From an uncultured Pseudomonadales bacterium (GTDB lineage: Bacteria > Patescibacteriota > Microgenomatia > UBA1400 > MFAQ01), in contig CAYHNG010000002.1 in the NCBI GenBank assembly GCA_964357975.1, positions 4,560-68,559 on the forward strand: 64,000 nt of DNA, read 5' to 3'. The notes under the pieces are model-generated. The model was given only the letters and a program-made list of their open reading frames with translations. It was not told where the DNA came from and did not search any database. Of the stretch, positions 11,303-21,186 are shown piece by piece; the first letter of the stretch is position 1, and every line of letters begins with the position of its first letter. A program made the position numbers and the translations under genes.

Positions 11303-11357
11303 ATAGCAATCAACCACCTCGACTGCTATTTTAAAAACTAAATGATTTTTTTGTCAA
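11303..11357 (-). promoter_or_regulatory. groESL promoter with CIRCE-like (HrcA) operator
   Basis: Minus strand TTGACA-N18-TAAAAT overlapping ATAGCAGTC-N9-GATTGCTAT (11303-11329); CIRCE consensus is TTAGCACTC-N9-GAGTGCTAA. Confidence 0.75.
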
Positions 11358-11372
11358 GACCCTCGTCTCGGC

Positions 11373-12410
11373 TTATTTCAAGATGACTATCTTCTCAAGG
11401 ATGAAGTTTATTTCATCAAGAGTCTCAGCATCGACGGCTGTTGGGCTGATGACAGTTAAATAGCCGATCGAAGTCGGGGAAGTGTATTTACCCCCCGAAA
11501 TACTTTCGCAAACATCAAAGATTGAAGATGTATCGTCCGTGACTTTCTTGGCCCACCTCCAGGTGATAATATCTCGCTTAATCAAACTTCGAAAATCAGA
11601 GTAACGAACCGTCATCTCACCCCCGTCTGGGTCAGCCGGAAAAAGACACTCACTGACTTCTCCGGGAGCCTGACGGATGGTCAAAGTTGTGGTGCCTTTT
11701 ATTAGAGTAAGGGTGGAGTTTCCACCATCTTTAGAACTTGGAAAATTTCGATATTCCTTGATAGACCAAATCGTCGGATAATAAAATTGGTAAGAGGTAA
11801 ACAGAGGAAGCGGAGATCTAACCGTCATCATATTCCATCTAAGGTTCAGAAGTGAGGATGGTGTGGCTGTGGGAGCGGGAGGCAGAGTAATTTCGATGAC
11901 AGGTGAAGTCTCAAGTCCAGTTTCAGAAGGATTAACTTCCGGGTTGAGTCCGACATTTTCGGTAAACGGGGCAGAGGGAGACATGGGAAGGAAACGCGAC
12001 GCAAGAACACCAAGCAAGGTACCAAAAAGGATTAGGGCAACACCGGTCAACAAAGTTTTTGTTAGAGAAGGTGAGGATTTTTCAGTAGGTGGAAGGAGGG
12101 GTGGAGTTTCCTGATGACTTGTTTCCGGAGGCGTTATCCACAAGGATGTCGGGCTTGGCGGTGTTGTCGGAACCGAGAGTTGAGGATCCTGGAACGGAAT
12201 TTGAGGGGGTTCGACTCGAGGAGTGCCCACCGGCACTGCTGATTGGTCCCCTCCCCATGACTGAGGTGGAGTGTAACTGACTCCCAATCCGATTGACGGG
12301 TCCGGATCCGAAACTACCGTCCTGGAAGTTTCTGGACTCTCCATCAGGGAATCTTCCGGAGGGATCATTAGTTCTTGATCTTTCTGGTTTTGGTTCTGGT
12401 TCGGATCCAT
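11373..12410 (-). CDS. Hypothetical single-pass membrane protein with Pro-rich N-terminus and extracellular domain
   Basis: Disordered P/S/T/Q N-terminus, TM LLTGVALILFGTLLGVLA, globular C-terminus. Confidence 0.7.
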   Translation of the reverse strand: MDPNQNQNQKDQELMIPPEDSLMESPETSRTVVSDPDPSIGLGVSYTPPQSWGGDQSAVPVGTPRVEPPQIPFQDPQLSVPTTPPSPTSLWITPPETSHQETPPLLPPTEKSSPSLTKTLLTGVALILFGTLLGVLASRFLPMSPSAPFTENVGLNPEVNPSETGLETSPVIEITLPPAPTATPSSLLNLRWNMMTVRSPLPLFTSYQFYYPTIWSIKEYRNFPSSKDGGNSTLTLIKGTTTLTIRQAPGEVSECLFPADPDGGEMTVRYSDFRSLIKRDIITWRWAKKVTDDTSSIFDVCESISGGKYTSPTSIGYLTVISPTAVDAETLDEINFILEKIVILK

Positions 12411-15400
12411 GTTTGGTAGATTGATTGGTAGATAGAAGACCTTTTTCCATGAGCAATCGGAGGAGACTGGTGATCATTCTTAACCGGCCTCCGGAATTGG
12501 TCTCTTTTATTAGTTTATACGCTTCGTCGTAATTTAGCCATTTGACGTCGTCAAACTCTGTGGCGCCGATGGTGATATCGGTAGTGTTGGCTTCTGAAGT
12601 GTAAAAGTAATAATATTTTCCTTTCATCACTACCGGATCTCCCGAATCAGTCACCAAATCTCTTAGTCCTTGTTTTGAAGGAGGAAATTCTATTTTGTCG
12701 ACGGATATCAATTTAATATCCTGACTGCATTTTTTTACAAAATCCTCCGTAACCTCTTCTCCCATTTCCTGAAAGAAGGTTTCCTTGATTGTTTTTTTGT
12801 TGTCCACTCCTCCCTGAGGAAGAGTCCATTGATTAAACGATTTCTGATAAGTCAGAAGAATTTTTTTATCATGCAAGAAACAGCCAACAACACTTGGACG
12901 AAGTCCTTGATTCCTTAGGGCATCAAGATCCCCGAGAGTGGGTTCCTTGAGAGGGGTTGGTGAAACAACTGATGGAGGGAGATTTCTCGACTCCGCTCGA
13001 AATGACGAATCGGTCGGAGATTGCTTCGTTGTTTCACTTCTTCCGCCAGAGGCGGACTGATGCGCAATGACGGGTGTTGATTTTGTGGAAATAGTTTGTC
13101 CGGTGGTTTGAATGGCGGGTGTTGATGGCGGTTTGGAGATAGAGGGAATGACATCCGGAGTAGACACTGTCGATGACGATGGAGGGATTTTGAAAGGGTT
13201 GGGTTTGGATAAGGCCGGAGTGGGAGGAAGTTGGGGGGTGTATGGCGCCTTTGGTGGTGTGGGGGCTGTGGGAGCAGGTGAATTATCAGGGGTTCTAAGT
13301 GCCTTCGGAATATATGGGGGTTCGGTGTATCGTTTGGGAGCCGGGGTCATAATGGCGGTAACTTGAGACATATCCATGGGCTCGATTTTCCGATAGTACT
13401 TCTCATAAGTGGCTTCGAGAACTTTTTCTTTCTGATGAGTGCGAGTATCGGGTAAAGGTAAACCGTAGGATGAAAAAGGTTGTGTCATCTGAGAATCGAC
13501 AGACATTTTCATGGCCAATTGATATTTACCCAACCCAACGAGATCATCTGCGGTGTACAGATTGTTTAACTCTTTCATGATTCGGTCAGCATCTGAAGCT
13601 CCCACCACGTAGCTCATGACCGTACCAACGTTGCCAAAAATGGCGTTTTGAATCTCTTCAGGTAGTTGGGCGATATACTGGTTGGCAAGGACCAGGCCCA
13701 ATTTATATTTTCTGGCCTCAGAAAGTATTTTGACAAAAGAGGAGGTGGCGAAGTTTTGGAACTCATCGACATAGAGAAAAAATTCACGACGTTCCTCCTC
13801 CTTAATGTGGGCGCGATTCATGGCGGCAATTTGAATCTGAGAGATAAACATGGCGCCAAGTAAGGCCGCGTTGTCTTCTCCAATCTTACCTTGCGGAAGA
13901 TTGAGAATAATGATTTTGCCGGCATTCATCATATCCTCAAAATCGACAGTGCTTTTGGGATGGTTGATGATATCTCGGATGGTGGGTGAGGTGACGAATT
14001 GACCAACCTTGTTAAGAATTGGGGCAATTGCTTCCGTTTGGAATTTCTCCGAGTATTTGTCGTATTCATCACGCCAAAAGTTGACAAGTATAGGATCGGT
14101 AACATGAATAAGGCATTCTTTTTCTCGAAAATCTTTATTGGTTAGAATACGAGGGACATCGGCAAGGGTGGTTTCCGGTTTGTAGACTAACGTAAGTAAG
14201 GTGTTTCTGAGGATATACTCAAGACGAGGGCCCCAGGAATTGCCGTAGAGTTTACTAAAGATCGAGACAATACTGGAGGCGACCATTTCGCCTTGTGTCG
14301 GGTTTTTGACATACAGAGGGTTCATCCAAAATGATATCCCAGGTACTGAAGGATCCAGATAAGCAACGTCATTAATACGACTCTCCGGAATGTATTCAAG
14401 AAGAACTTCGGCCGCGTCACCGTGTGGATCAACAAAAGCAACCCCTTCCCCGTGTTGGATGTCATTAATGGCCATGCGACCAATAAGAGTTGACTTTCCT
14501 GTTCCTGACTTCCCCAAAATGTAGGTATGACGGAGGCGGTCGATCCCCTTCTTCATACCGAAGACGGCCAGATGGTTTTTATATTCCGTCTTGGCGAAGA
14601 AATTATAGAGATGCTTTTCACTATCAGGAATTCCCTCATCAACCGGTAAATTGGTGGGCGCTTCACCTTTGAGAGTTTTTCCCCAGGCAATCCCCTTGAT
14701 CGGAGCAAGTAAGACTCCCGGAAGGTGATACATGGCAGCGATCTCACCGTAATTAAGATATTGATACTGATTTGAATATTTCGCGGAGCGATCAAGCATC
14801 ATCTGACGGAGTTTCGTCAGAGAACCGGAGAATTTGTGTTTTTTTAAAGCTAAACTGTTTCCTTCAGACAAGGAATAAGTTCCAAAAGAAGCGGCCAATT
14901 GTGATAATAGCTGTTTTGAGGTGGCTTGATCGGGGGTAATTGCCGCAAGTCGAATATCACAACTAAAAGCTTGGAATAATAATTTTTTTTCGATAATGGA
15001 CTTGTAAGGACTTGGTTTACTTTTGGCCGGATCCGTAGCGGTTGCCGGAGTAACGGTCTCGAGAGAAGACCGAACTGATTTCTGCCAATTTTTGGGGGCA
15101 GCGAACAGACAAATTTGAATAATAGCGGCCTGGCCCGCCGGGACTCTTGCCAAACTGCCCAAGATGGAAGCCATCTGGTCCACCTTATCATCCAAAGTAC
15201 TATTCAGAGAAAGGTTGGATGGTCCGGTGAGAGCCAGCTGGCCAATAGCAGGTTGTCCATAATTCAACCAATCTGGAAGATAATCCTTCATGGGGGTGAT
15301 AAGGGCGGTGGGATACTGGGCGGCTATCTGGGCGCGAACAAGGTGTTCCAGTCGCTCGGGGCAGGCTATGATAAAGAACGTGGTTTGATTAAGGTTGACG

Positions 15401-15561
15401 ATCTCCAAACAAATAGTTTCATGGGTGCCCAACAGACGGTCCATAAAACCGGCCTTGAGTGAAGTTCTCAGAGAGGAAAGAAATTCGATGAAGGCTGCCT
15501 GCCCGGTAAGGGAGTCTTTCGCTGGACGAACCTGCAAAACAGAGTATTTGGGCAAGGCCAT
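12082..15561 (-). CDS. VirD4/TraD-like coupling ATPase fused to a C-terminal Nudix domain
   Basis: HTYILGKSGTGKST (Walker A), VDPHGD, LYVDEFQNF (Walker B), LSEARKY, ANQY; Pro-rich linker; WTLPQGG...EMGEEV Nudix-like box. Confidence 0.85.
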   Translation of the reverse strand: MALPKYSVLQVRPAKDSLTGQAAFIEFLSSLRTSLKAGFMDRLLGTHETICLEIVNLNQTTFFIIACPERLEHLVRAQIAAQYPTALITPMKDYLPDWLNYGQPAIGQLALTGPSNLSLNSTLDDKVDQMASILGSLARVPAGQAAIIQICLFAAPKNWQKSVRSSLETVTPATATDPAKSKPSPYKSIIEKKLLFQAFSCDIRLAAITPDQATSKQLLSQLAASFGTYSLSEGNSLALKKHKFSGSLTKLRQMMLDRSAKYSNQYQYLNYGEIAAMYHLPGVLLAPIKGIAWGKTLKGEAPTNLPVDEGIPDSEKHLYNFFAKTEYKNHLAVFGMKKGIDRLRHTYILGKSGTGKSTLIGRMAINDIQHGEGVAFVDPHGDAAEVLLEYIPESRINDVAYLDPSVPGISFWMNPLYVKNPTQGEMVASSIVSIFSKLYGNSWGPRLEYILRNTLLTLVYKPETTLADVPRILTNKDFREKECLIHVTDPILVNFWRDEYDKYSEKFQTEAIAPILNKVGQFVTSPTIRDIINHPKSTVDFEDMMNAGKIIILNLPQGKIGEDNAALLGAMFISQIQIAAMNRAHIKEEERREFFLYVDEFQNFATSSFVKILSEARKYKLGLVLANQYIAQLPEEIQNAIFGNVGTVMSYVVGASDADRIMKELNNLYTADDLVGLGKYQLAMKMSVDSQMTQPFSSYGLPLPDTRTHQKEKVLEATYEKYYRKIEPMDMSQVTAIMTPAPKRYTEPPYIPKALRTPDNSPAPTAPTPPKAPYTPQLPPTPALSKPNPFKIPPSSSTVSTPDVIPSISKPPSTPAIQTTGQTISTKSTPVIAHQSASGGRSETTKQSPTDSSFRAESRNLPPSVVSPTPLKEPTLGDLDALRNQGLRPSVVGCFLHDKKILLTYQKSFNQWTLPQGGVDNKKTIKETFFQEMGEEVTEDFVKKCSQDIKLISVDKIEFPPSKQGLRDLVTDSGDPVVMKGKYYYFYTSEANTTDITIGATEFDDVKWLNYDEAYKLIKETNSGGRLRMITSLLRLLMEKGLLSTNQSTKHGSEPEPKPERSRTNDPSGRFPDGESRNFQDGSFGSGPVNRIGSQLHSTSVMGRGPISSAGGHSSSRTPSNSVPGSSTLGSDNTAKPDILVDNASGNKSSGNSTPPSTY
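12979..13071. repeat. Palindromic family A, copies 2 (12979-13006) and 3 (13017-13071), in frame in the VirD4-like linker
   Basis: GAGATTTCTCGACTCCGCTCGAAATGAC and GAGATTGCTTCG...CGCAATGAC with nested TCCGCCAGAGGCGGA. Confidence 0.85.
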
Positions 15562-15582
15562 GAGTTAAGTATATAAAATAAA

Positions 15583-16194
15583 CTAGACAGTGGGAGTAGC
15601 AGAAAGAATACTCTGCCCGGAACGTCGAGCGTCAGACTCGATCACTTTGACTTCGGAAAACAGAACATTTTCGATAATCAAGGCACTAGTGTGAAAGAGA
15701 TCGTTTAATTCAGCTTTAAGCTGTGATTCGATTTTAGAGCGCTCGGCTCCGATTTCTTTAGAATCGTGCTTGCTAAAGGCTGAGGCGATCCGGCTCCGAG
15801 AGTATGGCCGGATGACTTTTGAGACAAAATTGTCACCAATATTTTCCCATAGAAGAGGAGCATTGGCTTTGTCCAAACGGAAAAGTATGGAGCCTTCGAT
15901 GGAGATGGTTTTGTTGTCTTTGGTGGTGGCAATGACCGGTTCGTCACCAAGAGCTTCCTTAATCGAAAGATCGAAGCCGTGCCTAATGGTATATTCCAGA
16001 ACCTGAGCGTTGAAGAGTTTAGCAATTTGCCAAAAGGGAATTTTGAGATGAAGACCAGGTCCCCAGACACGTTTAAGGACACCCGCTCCCCGATCGTAAA
16101 CACAAGCTACATGTCCGGGTGGAACGGAGATAAAGAAGCCACCAACGACTTCATCGACAAGAAAAGATACTACTAATTTATCAAAATCAGCCAT
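15583..16194 (-). CDS. SPFH/band 7/prohibitin family protein
   Basis: VPPGHVA.V...G.GV....GPGLHLKIPF, TKDNKTI, VIRP..RS.I. Confidence 0.85.
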   Translation of the reverse strand: MADFDKLVVSFLVDEVVGGFFISVPPGHVACVYDRGAGVLKRVWGPGLHLKIPFWQIAKLFNAQVLEYTIRHGFDLSIKEALGDEPVIATTKDNKTISIEGSILFRLDKANAPLLWENIGDNFVSKVIRPYSRSRIASAFSKHDSKEIGAERSKIESQLKAELNDLFHTSALIIENVLFSEVKVIESDARRSGQSILSATPTV

Positions 16195-16217
16195 AACTTG
16201 GTCTATTATAACCTTTT

Positions 16218-17021
16218 TTACGCTGTCGGAGGAGTGCTTGTGGGGGGAGGAGTGCCCGGAGAGGTGGTGGTGGCTGCCGTTGAAGGCTGACTTGCGACGT
16301 CTTGGTGCCTGAAGGAGTAAGTAAGGTACAAAATCTGTCTGATGATTTTGAGGGCAATACCAAAGGCTAGAGAGGTGATAATAAAGACCTTTTTGCCGGC
16401 CGGAAGAAACATGAAAATCAGAAAGCTAACCACCGGAAGGATAATCACCAAAGAGATGAAATCCTTACGAGAAGGCTTGACAGGCTCAAAATAGAGGTGG
16501 ACTATTTCGCTTAGACAAATCATAAGAGACTGAAGCAGGTTTAGAGCGCTGTTGGTATGGGAAAGATCGTATTTCCCGAGAAACATTAAATTGATGGGTT
16601 GATGAACGGAAGGCATAAACTTATATAGCAAGTGCATGTCGGCTCCCTCGAGGCCGGTAGTAAAGATGCGATAAAGAATCAAAATGATTAACACCTGAAT
16701 GGTAATAGTAAAAATTTCAGAAAAAATAGCACCAGGACTTTGGCGCATTAGCTTCCTGATTTCTTCTTTCTGCTTGACAGGATCATAAGCCAGATCTTTT
16801 TTTACCTGCTTAACCATGAGCGAGATCTGAAGTTTTTCTTCGTCGGACTGTTCACCAACGAAATCGATGGGAAGAAGAATGAGGCGGACGGCTACCGCAA
16901 AAAGAATAACTGCAATGCCCATATCCGGGGCGGTAAAGACTTGCCCGACCAGCCAATAGAGGCCAACCAAAATATTGAAGAAAGGCTGATAAATGTAGAG
17001 AGTAAAGAAATCCATATTCAA
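16218..17021 (-). CDS. YidC/Oxa1 family insertase paralog
   Basis: YQPFFNILV, DMGIAVILF..AVRLILLP, FLG.YDLS. Confidence 0.75.
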   Translation of the reverse strand: MNMDFFTLYIYQPFFNILVGLYWLVGQVFTAPDMGIAVILFAVAVRLILLPIDFVGEQSDEEKLQISLMVKQVKKDLAYDPVKQKEEIRKLMRQSPGAIFSEIFTITIQVLIILILYRIFTTGLEGADMHLLYKFMPSVHQPINLMFLGKYDLSHTNSALNLLQSLMICLSEIVHLYFEPVKPSRKDFISLVIILPVVSFLIFMFLPAGKKVFIITSLAFGIALKIIRQILYLTYSFRHQDVASQPSTAATTTSPGTPPPTSTPPTA

Positions 17022-17036
17022 AGGTAATTATATGTC

Positions 17037-17879
17037 CTAAGAAGTTTTTAGGTGGTGGCTGATTGCTCCGGCGAAGTCGGTGGTGTGCAGAAAAGCAGCG
17101 TGAAGATGAACAGTTTCACCGGTTTTTTTAGGAGACATATACAGGAGCTGTATGAGGTAAAAAAGATAATTTAGAGGGGCGAGGACATAAAATATGAGCA
17201 TGGAGTGAGATTTCTCCACTCGTTTCACTCGGTCGAAATGACGAGGACCTTTTTGTAATATCAGGGAAGTGTAGGCGTTGGCTAGATACTTTTTGGTCCA
17301 CCGATTTTCATAAAGAAAAGTCCGATAAGTGTCCCCCCTGTCCAAAAGAGGTACCACCTGGAGTACTTCGTGAGCCGTATATAAATTTCGTTTGTCTATG
17401 GGAACCGAAAGAGACAAGGAATCGAGCCAGAGATTGGGGCAGAAGGCATCAACCGCCGTCGAGTGGTCCTCCCCCGGATGACGCCGACGAAAAAATAGGG
17501 ACATGAGAATGATTACAACCGGGCGGACAAGCCAAAGACAATATGGAGAGGTCACAAAAAGGAGATCTATATCATCATGGGGGTGAGAGTTGCCGGCGGC
17601 CACCGATCCGGTAAGGGCAACCAGCCGAAGGCCGGGAAGAAATCTAAGAGTTTTGACCAGTTTCCGGGCATGTAAGGTTTTCAATTTTGAGGAGTGCGAA
17701 ACGGCCGAACGAAGCCTTTTCTGTGATGAAGTCATGGACGGAGGAAGTAGGCCTTTGATGGACCTAAATGGGACCGACATGGTGGTAACTAGCCAATAAT
17801 GAATCTCCTCAGGCGACAAGGGAAAATGAAAATAATCGGCGTATCTGATGGTTTTCGAAACGGCTCGACGAAGATCCAT
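17037..17879 (-). CDS. Nucleotidyltransferase-domain protein
   Basis: VALTGSVAAGN....DDIDLLFV (GS...DxD); RNLYTAHE. Confidence 0.75.
   Translation of the reverse strand: MDLRRAVSKTIRYADYFHFPLSPEEIHYWLVTTMSVPFRSIKGLLPPSMTSSQKRLRSAVSHSSKLKTLHARKLVKTLRFLPGLRLVALTGSVAAGNSHPHDDIDLLFVTSPYCLWLVRPVVIILMSLFFRRRHPGEDHSTAVDAFCPNLWLDSLSLSVPIDKRNLYTAHEVLQVVPLLDRGDTYRTFLYENRWTKKYLANAYTSLILQKGPRHFDRVKRVEKSHSMLIFYVLAPLNYLFYLIQLLYMSPKKTGETVHLHAAFLHTTDFAGAISHHLKTS
17201..17242. repeat. Palindromic family A, copy 4, in frame in the nucleotidyltransferase gene
   Basis: TGGAGTGAGATTTCTCCACTCGTTTCACTCGGTCGAAATGAC; peptide RHFDRVKRVEKSHS. Confidence 0.85.
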
Positions 17880-17881
17880 AA

Positions 17882-19390
17882 TTATGGCGTAGGCGTGAGA
17901 GTGGGGGCAGCAACCAAACCATACTGAGACAAAACCTGTGTGAAACCGTTATTTAAAGTCTCGATAATTTTGACATCTTCTTGATTGGTGGCAGTACTAT
18001 TGACTGCGTCCTCCAAATACTTTATGAGACGAGAATTGAGTGCCGTTTTGGAATCCTGAGTTTTGGAGGCCGTGTAAAAAGTCCGAGCGGTATTGAGACT
18101 GGAGATAAAGGGGGCGAGGATGGGATTTTTGGAAGCAATTTCGGCAACGGCCTTGTTTGCCGGAGGCTGAGGAAAACCCCGGTCTTGAGTGGCGGAATCA
18201 AAAAGTATTTGTTGGGCATTGGCTGAAGCCAAGAAACTAACAAATTTCCAGGCCTCTTGTGGGTGAAGACTATTCCTGGCAACACCTTCAAACCAAATGG
18301 AGGTCCAATTTATCGGATCGATATCCGGAAGTTGAGGAACAGGGACAACCTGCCAAGAGAGTGATGGGTTGATGGCTTTAATATCTTTGGCAACCCAACT
18401 GGGAGCAATAATCATGGCCACTTTCTCATTGGCGAAAGCTACCGTAGAAGGAGGCAAAGTATCATCCCAAACTTGATGTTTGGTGACAAAATCGGTGTAA
18501 TACTTAAGAGTAATTCCCACCTCGGATCCTTTGATGTCGGTGAGGGAAACTCCGGCTTGAAGAAGCATCATGGAAACAATGTCCGGCCAATATTCGACAT
18601 TGGTGGTGTTTCCGAGCGCTACTCCGGCTCGCCTAATTTTACCGGTAATGGGCTCCAGTTCTCTCACCGTTTTTGCTGCCGTGAGAAGATCTTCCCAAGT
18701 TTTAGGAGGTTGGAGTTGTTTTTGTTGAAGAATGGCAGTGTTGACAAATAGACCGAGTGTTTCAGCTGTCATGGGAGCACCGTAAACCTGATTACCGGAG
18801 ACGAGAAGCTTACTGATAATGGGATAAAAATTGGTTGATAGTTCGGTGGCAGAGAGAGTGTTAGGGGGAGCAGGAAGCAAATCGGCGGCAAAAAGAGGAA
18901 GCCAAGTTGTGTGCAAACGAACCACGTCCGGGGGTGTTTGAGCGGATAAGGCGGTCTTGACGCGATCTTGATAATCTTGTGGAGATTGCAACTGATAGTC
19001 AATTTTAATGTTGGGATTTTGTCTCTCGAAAGCGTCGATAACCGGTTTCATAACGGAGGATGGTTCCCATAAACCGAAATAGGTTAAGGTAACAGAATTG
19101 GTGGGAGACACGGATTGGGTTTTGCTGCCAACAGACTTCCCAAGAATCCGAAATAAGAGGAAGGCCACGAGGCCAATAACAAGAACACCGATAGCTATGG
19201 GGGCAATAACCTTTAGAGGCGAGGAATTACCCGAAGGAGGGTTGGCCGAAGCGGGAGGTTGGTAACCGGGTGGAGGAGGCGCCGCTTCTTCCGGACTAGG
19301 TAAAGGAGAGGCTTCCACCACCGGAGGAAGAAAATTCGAAGGTTCGGGAACGGTAGAAACGGGACCGGGTAGTGGAAATTGATTATCCAT
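17882..19390 (-). CDS. Membrane-anchored sugar ABC-type extracellular solute-binding protein
   Basis: Pro-rich N-terminus and TM; LTYFGLWE, FE.QNPNIKI.Y, PDV, PKTWEDL, AWKFV.FL. Confidence 0.85.
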   Translation of the reverse strand: MDNQFPLPGPVSTVPEPSNFLPPVVEASPLPSPEEAAPPPPGYQPPASANPPSGNSSPLKVIAPIAIGVLVIGLVAFLLFRILGKSVGSKTQSVSPTNSVTLTYFGLWEPSSVMKPVIDAFERQNPNIKIDYQLQSPQDYQDRVKTALSAQTPPDVVRLHTTWLPLFAADLLPAPPNTLSATELSTNFYPIISKLLVSGNQVYGAPMTAETLGLFVNTAILQQKQLQPPKTWEDLLTAAKTVRELEPITGKIRRAGVALGNTTNVEYWPDIVSMMLLQAGVSLTDIKGSEVGITLKYYTDFVTKHQVWDDTLPPSTVAFANEKVAMIIAPSWVAKDIKAINPSLSWQVVPVPQLPDIDPINWTSIWFEGVARNSLHPQEAWKFVSFLASANAQQILFDSATQDRGFPQPPANKAVAEIASKNPILAPFISSLNTARTFYTASKTQDSKTALNSRLIKYLEDAVNSTATNQEDVKIIETLNNGFTQVLSQYGLVAAPTLTPTP

Positions 19391-19455
19391 AAATTAAATA
19401 GTCAAGTTAGAATATATAAACGGGGACTACCGATTACAGTTAAAGTATATCAAGA

Positions 19456-21183
19456 ATGGAAAAATTTAAATACCTCTTGGGTTCGTTGATGATGGTTATA
19501 TTGTTGACCATGACGATATATGTTGGCTTCAGGTTGGCCTTTAGAAAATTGATATTCCCCAAAGTAGATATCGCAGGAGTGGAAATGACTGGCTTAGATA
19601 AAGCTACCGCTTTAAAACTGATGACCTCCTATTTTGAAACAAATCCCAGTGAGGTATTGTTGGAAGCCGATGGAAAAGTTGTCTCAAAACTGACAGGGAT
19701 TAAAGTGGAGTACGATCTGGTGTGGGCGGTCGATCAAGCAATGGGGGTAGGCAGAAACGGAAATATTCTGACTCAAATTACCGAAACAGTAAAGGTGTTG
19801 CTTTATGGTAGAACTATTACCCTACCCGTCAGCTATAACAAGGATGATATCTTAGGCTTGGCAGATCAGATGTCGGAAAAGTTAAATCAGAAACCGGTAT
19901 GGCCAAAACTAGTGGGCGATAACAAAAAATTTAAGTTGGTACCCGGAAAAAATGGAGTGGAGGTAAAAACAAACGATCTGATCGGTGATATTATCAAACA
20001 GTTTGGTTTACCCGGTAGACACGTAATTCAGGTGCCCACCAATTTGGTTGAGACCAAAGAGAACAAGGAGTTAGTCCGACTGGCCACAGGAAGCTTAGAA
20101 AAGTGGGGTGACAGTATATTAACTCTTCGTTTTAGAGAGTTTGAAAAACAAGTGGGTAGTGAGGAGATGGCTGCCTTGTTTGGATTGATTAATGACCGGA
20201 TTGATGCCAATAGATTTGAATTACTGGTAAATGAAATCAAGCCTCTGGTTGAAACTGCGCCGAGAGATGCAATTTTTGTCTTTGAAAACAATAAGGTTAA
20301 TGAGTTCAAACCCGAAATTATCGGAGCCACGATCGATATTCCACAGTTCCAATCCAAACTGGCTGAAGCTCTTGTTTCCCCGGAAGAAAAAACCTTCGAA
20401 ATTCCGATGATTCTGACCTACCCAAAGGTAAAAACCGGTGATATCAACAACCTAGGAATCAAAGAACTGATCGGGTCAGGAAAATCTACCTTTTTTCATT
20501 CAATTCCCGGTAGAGTCTTTAATGTAAACTTGGCTGCTTCAAGGGTAAGTGGAACGTTGGTAGCACCCGGAGATGAGTTTTCCTTTGTAAATGCGGTAGG
20601 AGATATTTCCAAAGCCACCGGATATCAAACCGCTTATATAATAAGTGCAGGAAGAACTGTTTTGGGCGATGGTGGTGGTGTTTGCCAAGTATCAACAACC
20701 ACTTTTCGAGCCGCACTGGACGCAGGGTTGCCGATTACGGAAAGAAAAGCCCATGCTTATCGCGTCGGATATTACGAACAAGATAGCCCTCCCGGTATTG
20801 ATGCGACGGTCTATTATCCCACGGCCGATCTAAAGTTCTTAAACGATACAGGTAGCTATATTTTGATTCAAGAAACGGTAGACACCAAAAAATTATCCAT
20901 GCAGGTAGATATCTATGGCACGAGTGATGGGAGAAAATCAATCATTTCCAAACCGAGAATTTCAAACCAGACTCCTCCTCCACCCACAATGTATGTGGAT
21001 GACCCTACCCTACCTCTGGGAACCATGAAGCAGATTGACTGGTCGGCATGGGGGGCAAGGGTGGCTTTCGACTACAAGGTCGAACGAAACGGTGAAAGTA
21101 TTTATGAAAAAACCTTTGTAAGCAATTACCAACCTTGGCAGGCGATATATTTGAAGGGCACCGGAGATTTGGCAGTGAGGTAA
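19456..21183 (+). CDS. VanW family protein
   Basis: N-terminal TM; FSFV..VG, GGGVCQVSTTTFRAAL, H.YRV.YYE, G.DATVY, DLKF.NDT. Confidence 0.9.
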   Translation: MEKFKYLLGSLMMVILLTMTIYVGFRLAFRKLIFPKVDIAGVEMTGLDKATALKLMTSYFETNPSEVLLEADGKVVSKLTGIKVEYDLVWAVDQAMGVGRNGNILTQITETVKVLLYGRTITLPVSYNKDDILGLADQMSEKLNQKPVWPKLVGDNKKFKLVPGKNGVEVKTNDLIGDIIKQFGLPGRHVIQVPTNLVETKENKELVRLATGSLEKWGDSILTLRFREFEKQVGSEEMAALFGLINDRIDANRFELLVNEIKPLVETAPRDAIFVFENNKVNEFKPEIIGATIDIPQFQSKLAEALVSPEEKTFEIPMILTYPKVKTGDINNLGIKELIGSGKSTFFHSIPGRVFNVNLAASRVSGTLVAPGDEFSFVNAVGDISKATGYQTAYIISAGRTVLGDGGGVCQVSTTTFRAALDAGLPITERKAHAYRVGYYEQDSPPGIDATVYYPTADLKFLNDTGSYILIQETVDTKKLSMQVDIYGTSDGRKSIISKPRISNQTPPPPTMYVDDPTLPLGTMKQIDWSAWGARVAFDYKVERNGESIYEKTFVSNYQPWQAIYLKGTGDLAVR

Positions 21184-21186
21184 CTA

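Noticed and set aside
19456-21183. Vancomycin resistance locus
   Set aside because: VanW-domain gene alone, with no vanHAX or vanRS; the domain is widespread outside resistance clusters.
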